From contig JAHEIW010000006.1 in NCBI GenBank assembly GCA_024639185.1, forward strand, positions 10,647 to 74,646: 64,000 nucleotides of DNA, written 5' to 3'. Source of the stretch: Deltaproteobacteria bacterium (GTDB lineage: Bacteria > Desulfobacterota > Desulfobacteria > Desulfobacterales > JAHEIW01). Shown in pieces: positions 1 through 9,452 of this stretch. The notes below the pieces were generated by a model that saw only the letters and a program-made list of their open reading frames with translations, was not told where the DNA came from and ran no database searches. Within the stretch, counting starts at the first letter, position 1, and every line of letters starts with the position of its first letter. Made by a program: the position numbers and the translations under genes.

Positions 1-193
1 GCCACTCGCGCTCTTCCTTTGTCAATGAAATCCGAGTCTTTTGTTCGGTCTCTTTTAACGTCGGTATGGTCGAAGTTGCAGAGTTCTTCTCAGCTGCCGA
101 TGCTGGAGATAAATAAAAGAAAGTGATGAAAAATAACAGAAAGAGCACAATACCAGATGCAAAAAGGGGCAGCGTTTTATGCAGGGGATTCAT
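1..193 (-). CDS. N-terminal part of a signal-anchored protein (partial, continues beyond window start)
   Basis: The ATG at 191-193 (minus) opens a frame that stays open to position 1: MNPLHKTLPLFASGIVLFLLFFITFFYLSPASAAEKNSATS...LTKEEREW. A hydrophobic anchor is followed by a polar region. It is absent from the ORF track because it is truncated. Confidence 0.35.
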   Translation of the reverse strand, partial: MNPLHKTLPLFASGIVLFLLFFITFFYLSPASAAEKNSATSTIPTLKETEQKTRISLTKEEREW

Positions 194-346
194 CACATTT
201 GTCCTTCATGAATGGTGGCTGATAAATAAAATGAAGCGCTAAAATAAATATCACAAACAAACAAAATTTCAATATCACTGTGGGTGTCAAGTCTTGATTA
301 TTGATTATAAATTGACATGCCCAACATACTGTGCTAGGCATATCCC

Positions 347-1315
347 ATGACCCGCGCCTGGCGAATTGAATACGAAGGGGCCCTGTATCATGTCTTATCC
401 AGGGGCAACGAAAAAAGACCGATCGTTTTTGATGATCAAGATCGCAAGATGTTTGTCAATTGCATCGGGCAGATGGCTGAACGGTTTGAAATTGACGTTT
501 TTGCCTATGTGTTGATGGACAACCACTATCATCTTTTGTTTCGAACCTCCCGGGCCAACCTATCCAAATGCATGCATTGGTTTGGCGTCACCTATACCAA
601 TCGATTTAATAGTCGCCATGCACGCAGCGGCCATCTTTTTCAGGGTCGATTTAAAAATATGGTTGTTGAAAATGATGCCTATCTGTTGCAGCTATCCTAC
701 TATATCCATCGAAATCCCTTAAGGGCCGGTTTGACGAACCGACTGGCATCTTACAAGTGGAGCAGTTATCGGGCCTATGCTTATGGCAAGGCCATACCGC
801 CATGGCTCAACACCGAATTGATCTTGTCGCAATTTATCAATGTGGTTGACCAGAACAGCGCCTATCGCAAGCATGCCCAAAAATATTCCAAAGAAGAGCA
901 TCGGCTTTGGGAAGATTTGCGGCACGGGATATTTTTAGGCACCCCTTCTTTTACCGAAAAAATAAAAAAGCGACATCTTCCCGATGTCCCCCATGCAGAG
1001 ATCCCGGCCCAAAAAAAAATAAAGAAAAGTATCGATGCGGATGCCGTCATTATTAATGCCGCTAAGATTTTAAACTGTGATCCCCGACGCTATCGTAAAG
1101 CCCTCAGAATTTCAGCCGTAGATAAAGTGAACCGGGATTTGCTGATTTATTTGTTGTGGCATACCGGCCAGCTAACCAACCAGCAGATTGGTGAAAAATT
1201 CGGATTGAGCTATTCGGCCGTGAGCAGCAGGGTTCGAATTTTTAAAGGTTTGCTAAAAAATAACCGGGAGCTTGAGGATATGTTAAATCAAATTAAATCA
1301 CTAATAAAGATTTGA
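347..1315 (+). CDS. REP-associated tyrosine transposase (RAYT)-like IS200/IS605-family Y1 HUH transposase with C-terminal DnaA-domain-IV-like HTH
   Basis: HUH motif in MDNHYHLLF. Catalytic Tyr context YYIHRNPLRAGL. The C-terminal LLIYLLWHTGQLTNQQIGEKFGLSYSAVSSRV looks like a helix-turn-helix. Confidence 0.8.
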   Translation: MTRAWRIEYEGALYHVLSRGNEKRPIVFDDQDRKMFVNCIGQMAERFEIDVFAYVLMDNHYHLLFRTSRANLSKCMHWFGVTYTNRFNSRHARSGHLFQGRFKNMVVENDAYLLQLSYYIHRNPLRAGLTNRLASYKWSSYRAYAYGKAIPPWLNTELILSQFINVVDQNSAYRKHAQKYSKEEHRLWEDLRHGIFLGTPSFTEKIKKRHLPDVPHAEIPAQKKIKKSIDADAVIINAAKILNCDPRRYRKALRISAVDKVNRDLLIYLLWHTGQLTNQQIGEKFGLSYSAVSSRVRIFKGLLKNNRELEDMLNQIKSLIKI

Positions 1316-1489
1316 CACCTTTTTTACAGCGCTTTTCCAGGTATCCGTCAGCCAGCCGATCTCGCCGGCCGTGATGGTGATAGCACGCTCCTGTTCTTCG
1401 GCGTCCTGTTGGCCCATAAGCCCATAAACCACAAAGATGGCTGCTCCGATGATAAGGAAGTGGACAAGGGGCTCACGAAAAAACTTCAT
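1301..1489 (-). pseudogene. 5' stub of a membrane-anchored protein (N-terminus of the type seen in PpiC-like peptidyl-prolyl isomerases), cut off by the RAYT gene
   Basis: MKFFREPLVHFLIIGAAIFVVYGLMGQQDAEEQERAITITAGEIGWLTDTWK, then the frame runs into the 3' end of 347..1315. A second diverged copy of the same N-terminus lies at 2986-3083. Confidence 0.45.
1383..1480. repeat. Direct repeat copy 1 (homologous to 2986-3083; 59 bp identical core 1386-1444)
   Basis: CGCTCCTGTTCTTCGGCGTCCTGTTGGCCCATAAGCCCATAAACCACAAAGATGGCTGC is identical at 1386-1444 and 2988-3046. The flanking ~35 bp differ mostly at synonymous positions of the EPLVHFLIIGAA coding frame. Confidence 0.9.
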
Positions 1490-1760
1490 AGTGGTATCCT
1501 AAAGGTTTGGTGTTGTTTTAAAAGATGAACATCCAACATCAACGTCCAACGCTCGACGCTCATTTTTATCAGCCCTTCAACCTTGAACCTGGAACCATTG
1601 TGGGTTCAAGGTTGAAAGATCCTAATCAGTTTCAGCTTTCCATTCAACTCCATAAATACGCCAATGGTATATACAAATATTTATTGATATTATTATGCCA
1701 ACAGTATATACATATGTCTACTAAAAATAATTTACTGCCGATATATTTGGAGCGTACCCC

Positions 1761-2927
1761 ATGGCAAATCCTTTTCGTTTTGGCCAGATCGTTTCCGGCG
1801 AATTATTTTGCAACCGGAAATCTGAAATTTCACAAATCACTGATAATTTGGCCGGCGGTCAGAGCATTGTTTTATACAGTCCGCGCAGGTATGGGAAGAC
1901 GTCTCTTTTGTATGCCGTATCCAACGGACTGAGATCTAATAAAATCCTTGTTGGCTATGTTGACTTTTTCGCCTGCAACTCCACGGAAAAAATCCTCTTG
2001 GCAATGTCCCGGGCGTCTGCAAAGGCCATTGTTGACGAGATGAAGAGTTTTGAAAAATTTATTAAAAGTGCAGCCCATTTCTTTAATCGTATCAGATTTT
2101 CCATCCGGTTTGATCCCAATGATGTCGGGTCAATCTCTGTTCTGCCGGAACTGTCGTCCCGGGCAACACCAATGGATAATCTGTCCGATGCCTTGAGTGG
2201 ATTAAATTCCTACCTGAATAAAAACAATAAGCGGGCAGCCATTGTGCTTGATGAGTTCCAGCAAATAATCAAAGTTGACAGTAACCTTGAGGCCGAATTT
2301 CGCACCATTATCCAGCAGCAGGATCGAATTGCATTTGCCTTTCTTGGAAGCCGTATGCATTTGCTTAAAGAGATGTTCATAAATAAAAATAGACCCTTTT
2401 ATCGTGCAGCCAAAATTATGGAGTTGGGACCGATCACCACCGACGAGCTGGCAAAGTTTATAAAGAAACGATTCGCAAAGATTGGCATTTCCATTTCTGG
2501 CCAACTGGCATTGAGGATCACAGAAAGAGTCAATGGTCACCCCGACTACGCTCAAAGGTTATGCAGTCATATATTCGATATCATTGAATCCAATACCGTG
2601 GACGAAGAAAATGTTGAAAAAGGTGTGGTCAATATGCTTGTATCCTTAACCCCTTCATTTAGAGGCATATTTGAGGAATTGCCGTTGCGGGAAAGTCAGG
2701 TCATGACCATCCTGGCAGAACATGGACCCATCGGAACCTTTACGACAAAACTGATCCAGCCCTATGAAATGGGGACGCCTGCGCTTCACAAAGCCTTATC
2801 CAATCTTAGGCTAAAAGACTTGGTCTTTAAGGGAAAAGATAAAAATTATTTTATACTTGATCCTTTTTTAACGGAATGGATTCGGATGGTCTCGAAAGAC
2901 GAGGGACAATTTTCATCTTGCGGATAA
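1761..2927 (+). CDS. ATP-binding protein of the archaeal-ATPase-like (Arch_ATPase/ATPase_2) P-loop family
   Basis: Walker A in LYSPRRYGKTSLL and Walker B in AIVLDEFQQI. The N-terminal FRFGQIVSGELFCNRKSEI is typical of this family, and a winged-helix-like tail follows. Confidence 0.75.
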   Translation: MANPFRFGQIVSGELFCNRKSEISQITDNLAGGQSIVLYSPRRYGKTSLLYAVSNGLRSNKILVGYVDFFACNSTEKILLAMSRASAKAIVDEMKSFEKFIKSAAHFFNRIRFSIRFDPNDVGSISVLPELSSRATPMDNLSDALSGLNSYLNKNNKRAAIVLDEFQQIIKVDSNLEAEFRTIIQQQDRIAFAFLGSRMHLLKEMFINKNRPFYRAAKIMELGPITTDELAKFIKKRFAKIGISISGQLALRITERVNGHPDYAQRLCSHIFDIIESNTVDEENVEKGVVNMLVSLTPSFRGIFEELPLRESQVMTILAEHGPIGTFTTKLIQPYEMGTPALHKALSNLRLKDLVFKGKDKNYFILDPFLTEWIRMVSKDEGQFSSCG

Positions 2928-2985
2928 AAGGCTGCCTTCTTCACCAGTTTCGGGTCCGGCGTGTACCAGATCGGTGAAGACCAGG

Positions 2986-3083
2986 CGCGCTCCTGTTCTT
3001 CGGCGTCCTGTTGGCCCATAAGCCCATAAACCACAAAGATGGCTGCGCCGATGATAAGAAAGTGTACAAGCGGTTCCGATCAT
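2986..3083. repeat. Direct repeat copy 2 (second stub of the EPLVHFLIIGAAIFVVYGLMGQQDAEEQERA N-terminus, no start codon)
   Basis: Same orientation as 1383-1480. It is preceded in frame by a stop codon and followed by unrelated sequence. Confidence 0.85.
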
Positions 3084-3812
3084 CTCCTGGAAACCGATGC
3101 CGGTGATCAGACCCTGGCGCACAAAGCTGCCGTCGACCTTGCCGACGACGCCATCCGAGCCGAGCAGGTGTTTGTAGTAGGTCTCGAAACCGGCGAACTC
3201 ATCGTTTGGCGACAGCGCCGGAATGGTCTCGGAGTAGCCCTTGGTCTGTCCGATCTCGGTCGCGACCGTATTGGCGACGCTGCGCTCTGCCCACTGCTTG
3301 GTGATCTGGGTGCCGTAGGATGTCCTCGTCGCATACATCAGGCCGTTAGAGACATTGCCGTTGTGCGGGATCGAGAAATTTTCATACTCCATGGCGCGCT
3401 GCACCTCTTGATAAGTCCATAGATCCTCGCGCTTGACCGAGTCAAAGGAGGAAAACTGCGTGTCCGGTCCCTTGTCATCGCGGAAAAACACGTTGTGATG
3501 CAGGTTCTGGTAGTTCGGGATCGAGGTCCATTCGAAGGCGATCAGGGTGCTGAACTTGCCCGGATCGTTGTGTTTGTTGGTGATCTTCTTCTGCTCTTCC
3601 CAGATGGAGAGCGTGGTCTTCGGGTCGACCATGTATGGGATTGGCGCGTTGTCCGCCACCGAGGTGATGATCTTTTGGAAGGCTGCCTCGCCCTTCTTCG
3701 GATCGCCGCTGGCAATGTCCTATCCGATTTCGGTGTTCGCCATTGGATTGTTCTTCTTCAGCAACAGCGGCATGATACCCATGTACTCGGCGTGGTCGGT
3801 ATCGGTTGATGT
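3084..3812 (-). pseudogene. Internal fragment of a DUF3604-family protein, truncated at both ends with an in-frame TAG
   Basis: The translation is TDTDHAEYMGIMPLLLKKNNPMANTEIG*DIASGDPKK...LIAFEWTSIPNYQNLHHNVFFRDD...FSIPHNGNVSNG. The in-frame TAG is at 3720-3722. The fragment begins directly at the gdhA stop codon and ends at repeat copy 2. It is visibly more GC-rich than its surroundings. Confidence 0.6.
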
Positions 3813-5171
3813 TTAGATCAGCCCCTGATCCAGGGTGGCATCCACCACGCGCACGAAGCCGGCGATGTTGGCGCCTGCCAGATAGTTGCCGGGCAGGCCA
3901 TAACGATCGGCCACATGGAGACAGTTCTGGTGGATGTTTTTCATGATGGTCTTCAGGCGGTGGTCGACTTCTTCGGCGGACCAGTTGAGCAGCATTCTGT
4001 TCTGGGCCATTTCCAGACCGGATACGGCCACACCGCCGGCATTGGCGGCTTTGCCCGGGGCAAACAGAATTTTTTTGTCCATGAAGATTTTGAGCGCTTC
4101 CGGTGAAGACGGCATGTCGGCTCCTTCACAGACCAGTTTGATGCCGTTGTTGATCAGATTGTAGGCATCGTTTTCGCCGATCTCGTTTTCCATGGCACAC
4201 GGAAAGGCGCAATCGGCTTTCATACTCCAGAACGGATTATGATCCAATGAGGTGTCGCTTTCGGTGTATGTTGTCTCGGAATATTTATCGATGTATTCCT
4301 TGATGCGGCCGCGCTTGAGATTTTTCAGCCGCTTGACGAAATCCAGCTTTTTGCGGTCGATGCCTTCCGGATCGTAGATGAAACCGGATGAATCCGATAG
4401 GGCGATGACGTTGCCGCCCAGCTCGATTATTTTTTCGGCCGTGTGCTGGGCCACATTGCCGGATCCTGACACCAGGCAGGTTTTGCCTTCAAAGGTTTCA
4501 TTGCGGGCAGCGAGCATTTCAGCCGCAAAATAGACCACCCCGTATCCGGTGGCCTGGGGCCGCATATAGCTGCCGCCCCACTGCAGCCCTTTACCGGTTA
4601 ACACCCCACTGAATTCATTGCGCTGTTTTTTATACATGCCGAACATATACCCGATTTCTCGGGCCCCCACGCCCAGGCCGCCGTCCGGGATATCGGTGTC
4701 CTGACCGATGTGGTGCGACAGCTCGGCCATGAAACTCTGGCAAAACCGCATGACCTCGTCGTCTGATTTTCCTTTGGGCTCAAAATCGGATCCGCCCTGG
4801 GCACCGCCCATCGGCAGGGTGGTCAGCGCGTTTTTAAGGGTTTGCTCAAAGGCCAAAAATTTGAGAATGCCGAGATTAACAGAGGGGTGAAATCGCAAGG
4901 CACCTTTAAACGGGCCCAGCGCACTGCTCATCTCCACCTGGTAACCGCGGTTGACACGCACATTGCGCCCATCATCCATCCAGGGCACCCGAAACAAAAT
5001 CACGCGTTCGGGCTCGGTGATACGCTCCAAAACACCCAGCTGGCGGTATTCCGGATGGTGGTCCAAAACAGGCTTGATGGTCTCAATGACTTCCTGTACC
5101 GCCTGGTGAAATTCTTTTTCAGCCGGGTCTCTTGTCAAAATCTTTTTCAATTCGCTGTCTGACATCTTCAA
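3813..5171 (-). CDS. gdhA: NADP-specific glutamate dehydrogenase
   Basis: 452 aa with hallmark GDH blocks: RFHPSVNLGILKFLAFEQTLKNALTTLPMGGAQGGSDF, GVGAREIGYMFGMYKK and the Rossmann motif SGSGNVAQH. Confidence 0.95.
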   Translation of the reverse strand: MKMSDSELKKILTRDPAEKEFHQAVQEVIETIKPVLDHHPEYRQLGVLERITEPERVILFRVPWMDDGRNVRVNRGYQVEMSSALGPFKGALRFHPSVNLGILKFLAFEQTLKNALTTLPMGGAQGGSDFEPKGKSDDEVMRFCQSFMAELSHHIGQDTDIPDGGLGVGAREIGYMFGMYKKQRNEFSGVLTGKGLQWGGSYMRPQATGYGVVYFAAEMLAARNETFEGKTCLVSGSGNVAQHTAEKIIELGGNVIALSDSSGFIYDPEGIDRKKLDFVKRLKNLKRGRIKEYIDKYSETTYTESDTSLDHNPFWSMKADCAFPCAMENEIGENDAYNLINNGIKLVCEGADMPSSPEALKIFMDKKILFAPGKAANAGGVAVSGLEMAQNRMLLNWSAEEVDHRLKTIMKNIHQNCLHVADRYGLPGNYLAGANIAGFVRVVDATLDQGLI

Positions 5172-5216
5172 CCTCCTTCAATCTGGTCATAGCATAAACG
5201 ATAACCCGTTTGAGGT

Positions 5217-6800
5217 TTAAGCATCGATGATCTCCAACGCTTCATGCCGATAGGCATCCATTACATACCGGGTGCCGGTAATCTTGGCACATTCCTCGGT
5301 CAGCGAGAAGATATCGTCGCGGCTGATATAGTTCACCTTCCAGTTGCGCGATCCGGCCATCAGCTGCTGCAGGCCGACTTTGATTTTATCGACCACATTA
5401 AACAGTCCGATGGCGCCGAGCGGCAAATTATCTATTTCAGAGCCGTATTTGCCCTTGAGGACTTCATAATTCATAAAAATTTCTTCTTTGGTATATCCGA
5501 ATTTCGAGACGGTCGACGGCAGGCCGCCTTCCTCGTCGCGCAGCCAGCGTTCTGCATTTTTGCCGACCATGCCCGGAATCATCAGGGCCCGGCCCATGCA
5601 GACCGCTTTGCAATAGGGTGCCCCCAGGGCCAGGGCTTTAAACACATGGTCTTCGGATGAGAAACCGCCGGCAAAGGCCAGATCCGGAGCGCGTCTGCCG
5701 TTTTTGACCAGCCGTTCGCAGAGCTCATAGGCCATGGCGTGCAGGTAAATCGCCGGGATGCCCCATTCGGTCATCATGCGCCAGGGGCTCATGCCGGTGC
5801 CGCCGGGGGCTCCGTCGATGGTCAGCAGGTCGATGTCGGCATCACTCGACCAGCGGATGGCCATGGCCAGCTCACGCATGGGATAGGCCCCGGTCTTGAG
5901 GGTAATGCGCCTGGCGCCTAACTTGCGCAGGCGTTGCACCTCGTTCATAAACCCTTCCTGATCCACAAAGCCCAGGCGCGAATGACGTTCAAACTGTTTT
6001 AAGGGTCCGGCCTTAAAGGCGGCCTGATGGGCCGGGTCCTCCGGATCCGGCGTGACGATGTAACCGCGTTTTTTCAATTCGATGGCGCGCTCCAGGGAAT
6101 TGACCTTGATTTCCCCACCGATGCACTTGGCGCCCTGGCCCCATTTTAGCTCTATAGTGTCCACTCCGTGCTTTTCAATTACATATTCGGCCACGCCATT
6201 GCGGGTGTCCTCCACGTTCATCTGAATCATGATATCGCCGTAGCCTTCATGAAAGCGGCGATACTCTTCGATGCGGCGATCCATCTCGGGTGAATTTTTT
6301 ATCAGGCCGTTATCGCCGATTTCCAATGCCGGATCGATTCCGCACACGTTTTCACCACACACCAGGCTGATACCGCTGATGGCCGCGCCGATGGCAAAGT
6401 GGTCCCAATTTTTACGTGCAATATCGGTGCTGCCCAGTGCACCGGTAAATATGGGCACCTTCAATTTGACCTTGTCGCTGACACCGTACTCGGTTGCGGT
6501 ATCCACATTTGGAAACGTGGCCTGGTCCGGATCGGCATCCATACCCTTGGCGCCCAGCGCATATCCCATGATGTTTAAATGCGAGTAATCCACCGGGTAA
6601 TCCTTGTCCGCCCCGGCGGTCACGCTGCCAAACGGCTCCGGGTAAAGCAGTTCCCGGCCGCGGAAGGTGGCTTTGAACATGTCGCAGTTTCCCTTGCATC
6701 CATCCAAACATCGGCTGCAAATACCGGATTGGGGGGCGACATTGCGTGATCTGTTTTTCGTCTGAAGGGCGTCGTTCGCGTTGGGTCGGTTCAAATTCAT
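5217..6800 (-). CDS. Glutamate synthase-related FMN-binding protein (GltB domain-2-like, archaeal type)
   Basis: N-terminal Cys cluster CSRCLDGCKGNCDMF. TIM-barrel FMN region ...IELKWGQGAKCIGGEIKV... and LLTIDGAPGGTGMSPWRMMTEWGIP. Adjacent to gdhA. Confidence 0.85.
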   Translation of the reverse strand: MNLNRPNANDALQTKNRSRNVAPQSGICSRCLDGCKGNCDMFKATFRGRELLYPEPFGSVTAGADKDYPVDYSHLNIMGYALGAKGMDADPDQATFPNVDTATEYGVSDKVKLKVPIFTGALGSTDIARKNWDHFAIGAAISGISLVCGENVCGIDPALEIGDNGLIKNSPEMDRRIEEYRRFHEGYGDIMIQMNVEDTRNGVAEYVIEKHGVDTIELKWGQGAKCIGGEIKVNSLERAIELKKRGYIVTPDPEDPAHQAAFKAGPLKQFERHSRLGFVDQEGFMNEVQRLRKLGARRITLKTGAYPMRELAMAIRWSSDADIDLLTIDGAPGGTGMSPWRMMTEWGIPAIYLHAMAYELCERLVKNGRRAPDLAFAGGFSSEDHVFKALALGAPYCKAVCMGRALMIPGMVGKNAERWLRDEEGGLPSTVSKFGYTKEEIFMNYEVLKGKYGSEIDNLPLGAIGLFNVVDKIKVGLQQLMAGSRNWKVNYISRDDIFSLTEECAKITGTRYVMDAYRHEALEIIDA

Positions 6801-7052
6801 TTTTCATCTCCTTTTTCAAAAATTTGCACATCCGTTTCATTGATGGCTATTTCCGTTTTACTGCGGACGTGCGCAGAGCATCGATCCTTTTAAACGGTTT
6901 TACGGTTGTAAATCAAGCTTCATTTCAGATTTTTAGCCAAGGTGCTACCGCACCCGACGAAAAGTCATTGATTTCATAAAATTAGAAGTGTTTGCAGAGG
7001 CTTTCATTTAAAAGATCTTTTCGGCGGGAATTGACCTCGTGCGGGAATAAAT

Positions 7053-7751
7053 TTAGGGACGGCTCAACCCGGCAGCGTCCGGGTCCAATTTTATTTCGCT
7101 ATATTTGGCAGATGGTTCGCCGCAGATGGGGCATGGGGTTGCGGGAATTTTGGAAAGAGTTGAACCGCAGTTCTGACAGACAAAATATTGATACGGGTTG
7201 CCCTCGATCCGTTTGGTCAGCAATCCGAAAAATACGCCCGTTCCCGATTTCATTTTTTTTAGCAATTCCCGGTGCTGCATTTCCGATTCCCAGGCATAGG
7301 TGACAAATTGTATGGCTTTTTGATGGTTTTCGGGTTTTATCTGCTCGAGGACCTGGGGGTATTTTCGGTCAATTTCTTCCAATTCCACGGCGATTGCAAA
7401 TTTGAGGTTTTCACGGGTGCTGGCAACCACGCCCTGCCGCTGCGGAAAGTCTGGCGCTGCCGCATCGAATTCGGATAAGCACCCCTTAAAATTGCGGGCA
7501 TGAACGGATTCGGAGGCAGCCAGGGTCAAGAATAATTTAGCGATGTTGGGATAATTTTCTGATACCGCTTTTTGGGCATAGGCCCGATAGTTCTGCATGG
7601 CCTGGATTTCGTCCTGATAGAGTGTTTGCAGGACAGATATGGTTTCTGTGTATTCCGATTGCGCATTCAACGCCGGCCCCATAGCGCAAAAAGTGCTCAC
7701 CAGCGCCATAGCGAATCCCAGTAAGCAATGTGGTCTGGCAGCTTTTAACAT
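7053..7751 (-). CDS. Rubrerythrin-family di-iron protein with C-terminal rubredoxin-like CxxC...CxxC and an N-terminal signal-like segment
   Basis: ExxH motifs (ASESVHARN, ESEMQHRE) and EE in AVELEEID. C-terminal CQNCG...CPICG. The N-terminal LLGFAMALVSTFCAMGPALNAQS is hydrophobic. Confidence 0.8.
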   Translation of the reverse strand: MLKAARPHCLLGFAMALVSTFCAMGPALNAQSEYTETISVLQTLYQDEIQAMQNYRAYAQKAVSENYPNIAKLFLTLAASESVHARNFKGCLSEFDAAAPDFPQRQGVVASTRENLKFAIAVELEEIDRKYPQVLEQIKPENHQKAIQFVTYAWESEMQHRELLKKMKSGTGVFFGLLTKRIEGNPYQYFVCQNCGSTLSKIPATPCPICGEPSAKYSEIKLDPDAAGLSRP

Positions 7752-7842
7752 AATTTAATATATAATTGATTTGTGCCTGATATTTTGATCGTTATGGCAC
7801 ACTATGGCAAGTAATTCAACGGCAACAATAAGATCATGGGAT

Positions 7843-7878
7843 AATAAAAAGGCAGGGCCAGAAACTGTGGCCCTGCCT
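7843..7878 (-). terminator. Rho-independent terminator after the SYLF-domain gene
   Basis: 10-bp stem AGGCAGGGCC/GGCCCTGCCT (7850-7859/7869-7878). On the minus strand it is followed by a TTTTTATTAT tail. Confidence 0.7.
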
Positions 7879-7900
7879 GAGAAATCCTGCGTTATTACAT

Positions 7901-8479
7901 TTATTTGTCGAGTTTATTGAATTTGGCGCCTCTAAGAGATATATCCGCCATCAATCCCTTGACATCGAAAACGAACGCCACGATGGGCTCTTTGCCCATG
8001 GCCGTAACGGCACTCTCGCCGGCACCCAATGTAACCAAGGCGACGTTGCCATCAACCCCGGCTTCCCATCCTTTGCTGTCGCGAAACTTTTTCAGTGCCT
8101 CGCTTGACATGAAGGCGAAAATAACGTCTTTGGCCTGCCCGCCGATCTGAAAGCCAACCGAGCCGGACGTCATACTATAGTAGCCGATTGTTTTGCCGCC
8201 GATTCTAAGCGCCCCCTGACCGTATTCACCACCGACGATCAATGCGCCCTTTTTGACGCTGGGCATAACCAGCATTCCTTTGGAACGCTGTACGACTTCC
8301 TTGGCATCTTTGACATTCTTGTAAAATCGATCCATAGCCGCATCGGCACTGGCATCAATTTCTTTGGCTGTGCCGCCGAAAGATTGATCGGCAAATCCAA
8401 CAAACAAAAACACGGTAAAAATCATAAAACATACGGCCTTCGATGATTTCAAAGCCGGGATAAATTGTTTTTTCTGCAT
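7901..8479 (-). CDS. SYLF (Ysc84-like, COG2930) lipid-binding domain protein, secreted
   Basis: Signal-like N-terminus. Gly-rich repeats GALIVGGEYGQGALRIGGKTIGYYSMTSGSVGFQIGGQAKD are typical of SYLF/DUF500. Confidence 0.7.
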   Translation of the reverse strand: MQKKQFIPALKSSKAVCFMIFTVFLFVGFADQSFGGTAKEIDASADAAMDRFYKNVKDAKEVVQRSKGMLVMPSVKKGALIVGGEYGQGALRIGGKTIGYYSMTSGSVGFQIGGQAKDVIFAFMSSEALKKFRDSKGWEAGVDGNVALVTLGAGESAVTAMGKEPIVAFVFDVKGLMADISLRGAKFNKLDK

Positions 8480-8547
8480 GAGAATGCCCTCCTTTTGATA
8501 TGGATTCGGGTTAAGGGGCCGGCCGACATCGGCCGACCCGACACATC

Positions 8548-9033
8548 TTATTTTACCAGCGGTATTCTTCTGGCCAGCCCATAGACCACGACGGCGTCGA
8601 TTTTGCTTTCAATCTGGTAGTAGCGGGCCACTTTGGTATCCGGCAATACGCCCCGGAATTTTGCCAGATAAGACTGGCGCAGCTTCAGGTGGTTTGCATC
8701 GATCGTCAACGCTTCATCCAGCAGGCTTTTGGCCACATCATTGGACATGGTCTCGTAGTTGGCCGCGAATTTCTCAATCAGTTTGCCCTCCCGCTCCATA
8801 AGTTTGCCGAGTTCCGCCTGATAGGCGTCATAGATCGGCCAGAAGGCCTTGGCTTCAGATTCGCTCAACTGCATGTTGGTTGCGATGAAAAGTTTTTTGT
8901 CACTGCGAACTTTTTCCTTGACGATTTCCATGTTGTCAGCCGGCTGGTTCTGCGCTGCTGCAACACCGCCAAATCCGACAAGGATGATCGTCAGGGCGAT
9001 TGCCAAAAGACGGTTAATACGTTTTCCTTTCAT
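8548..9033 (-). CDS. Hypothetical periplasmic helical protein
   Basis: Strong RBS (GGGAGG) and a signal peptide ending VAAAQ. Helical, with no recognisable catalytic motif. Confidence 0.6.
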   Translation of the reverse strand: MKGKRINRLLAIALTIILVGFGGVAAAQNQPADNMEIVKEKVRSDKKLFIATNMQLSESEAKAFWPIYDAYQAELGKLMEREGKLIEKFAANYETMSNDVAKSLLDEALTIDANHLKLRQSYLAKFRGVLPDTKVARYYQIESKIDAVVVYGLARRIPLVK

Positions 9034-9070
9034 ATTTTACCTCCCTTACGATGTTCGTATTACAATTAAT

Positions 9071-9367
9071 CTATTGATCATCATACCGGCACACGCTGGA
9101 CCACGGGCTGACCCTGACCCAGCCGCTGCGGCGCTCTCCTCGTCGCCGTCGTTCGATTCCCGATCGGCGTTCGATTCCGCCGCCCGGAAAATAATCCAGG
9201 TCATAGGCCTGCCGCCGATCCTCTGCGCAGCGCCGATCCAGATACGGGTCAGTCGTGCGCGCGTCTTTTATGTTAGCTGCATAAGGCACTCTGATTTTTC
9301 CCTTTTTGTTTTTACGCTTGATGTTAAGAGCAAAATAGCAATTTTCAACTTTCAAACTCAACGGCAT
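9071..9367 (-). CDS. Small (D/E)RR-repeat protein (paralog of 29139..29447 and 63883..63999)
   Basis: Contains RRCAEDRR and IERRSGIERRRRGERRSG. No clear RBS. Confidence 0.45.
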   Translation of the reverse strand: MPLSLKVENCYFALNIKRKNKKGKIRVPYAANIKDARTTDPYLDRRCAEDRRQAYDLDYFPGGGIERRSGIERRRRGERRSGWVRVSPWSSVCRYDDQ

Positions 9368-9452
9368 ATCCGCTATCGTTTTTCAACATCCGCCAGCCGG
9401 AGTTTTCCATTCGCTATAACGTACCAGAGCTGTAAGTGTCGAAAATTTTCCC

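Noticed and set aside
1525-1932. 135-aa plus-strand ORF upstream of and overlapping the ATPase gene
   Set aside because: It runs through repeat hairpin sequence (1575-1618) and AT-rich promoter-like DNA, overlaps the well-supported ATPase start, and has a low-complexity translation.
6801-7052. Glutamine/glnA-type riboswitch or sigma-54 promoter upstream of the glutamate-synthase-like gene
   Set aside because: I found only loose resemblances (ACGGAAAT, TTGGCT-N6-CTGA). The spacing and conserved cores do not match.
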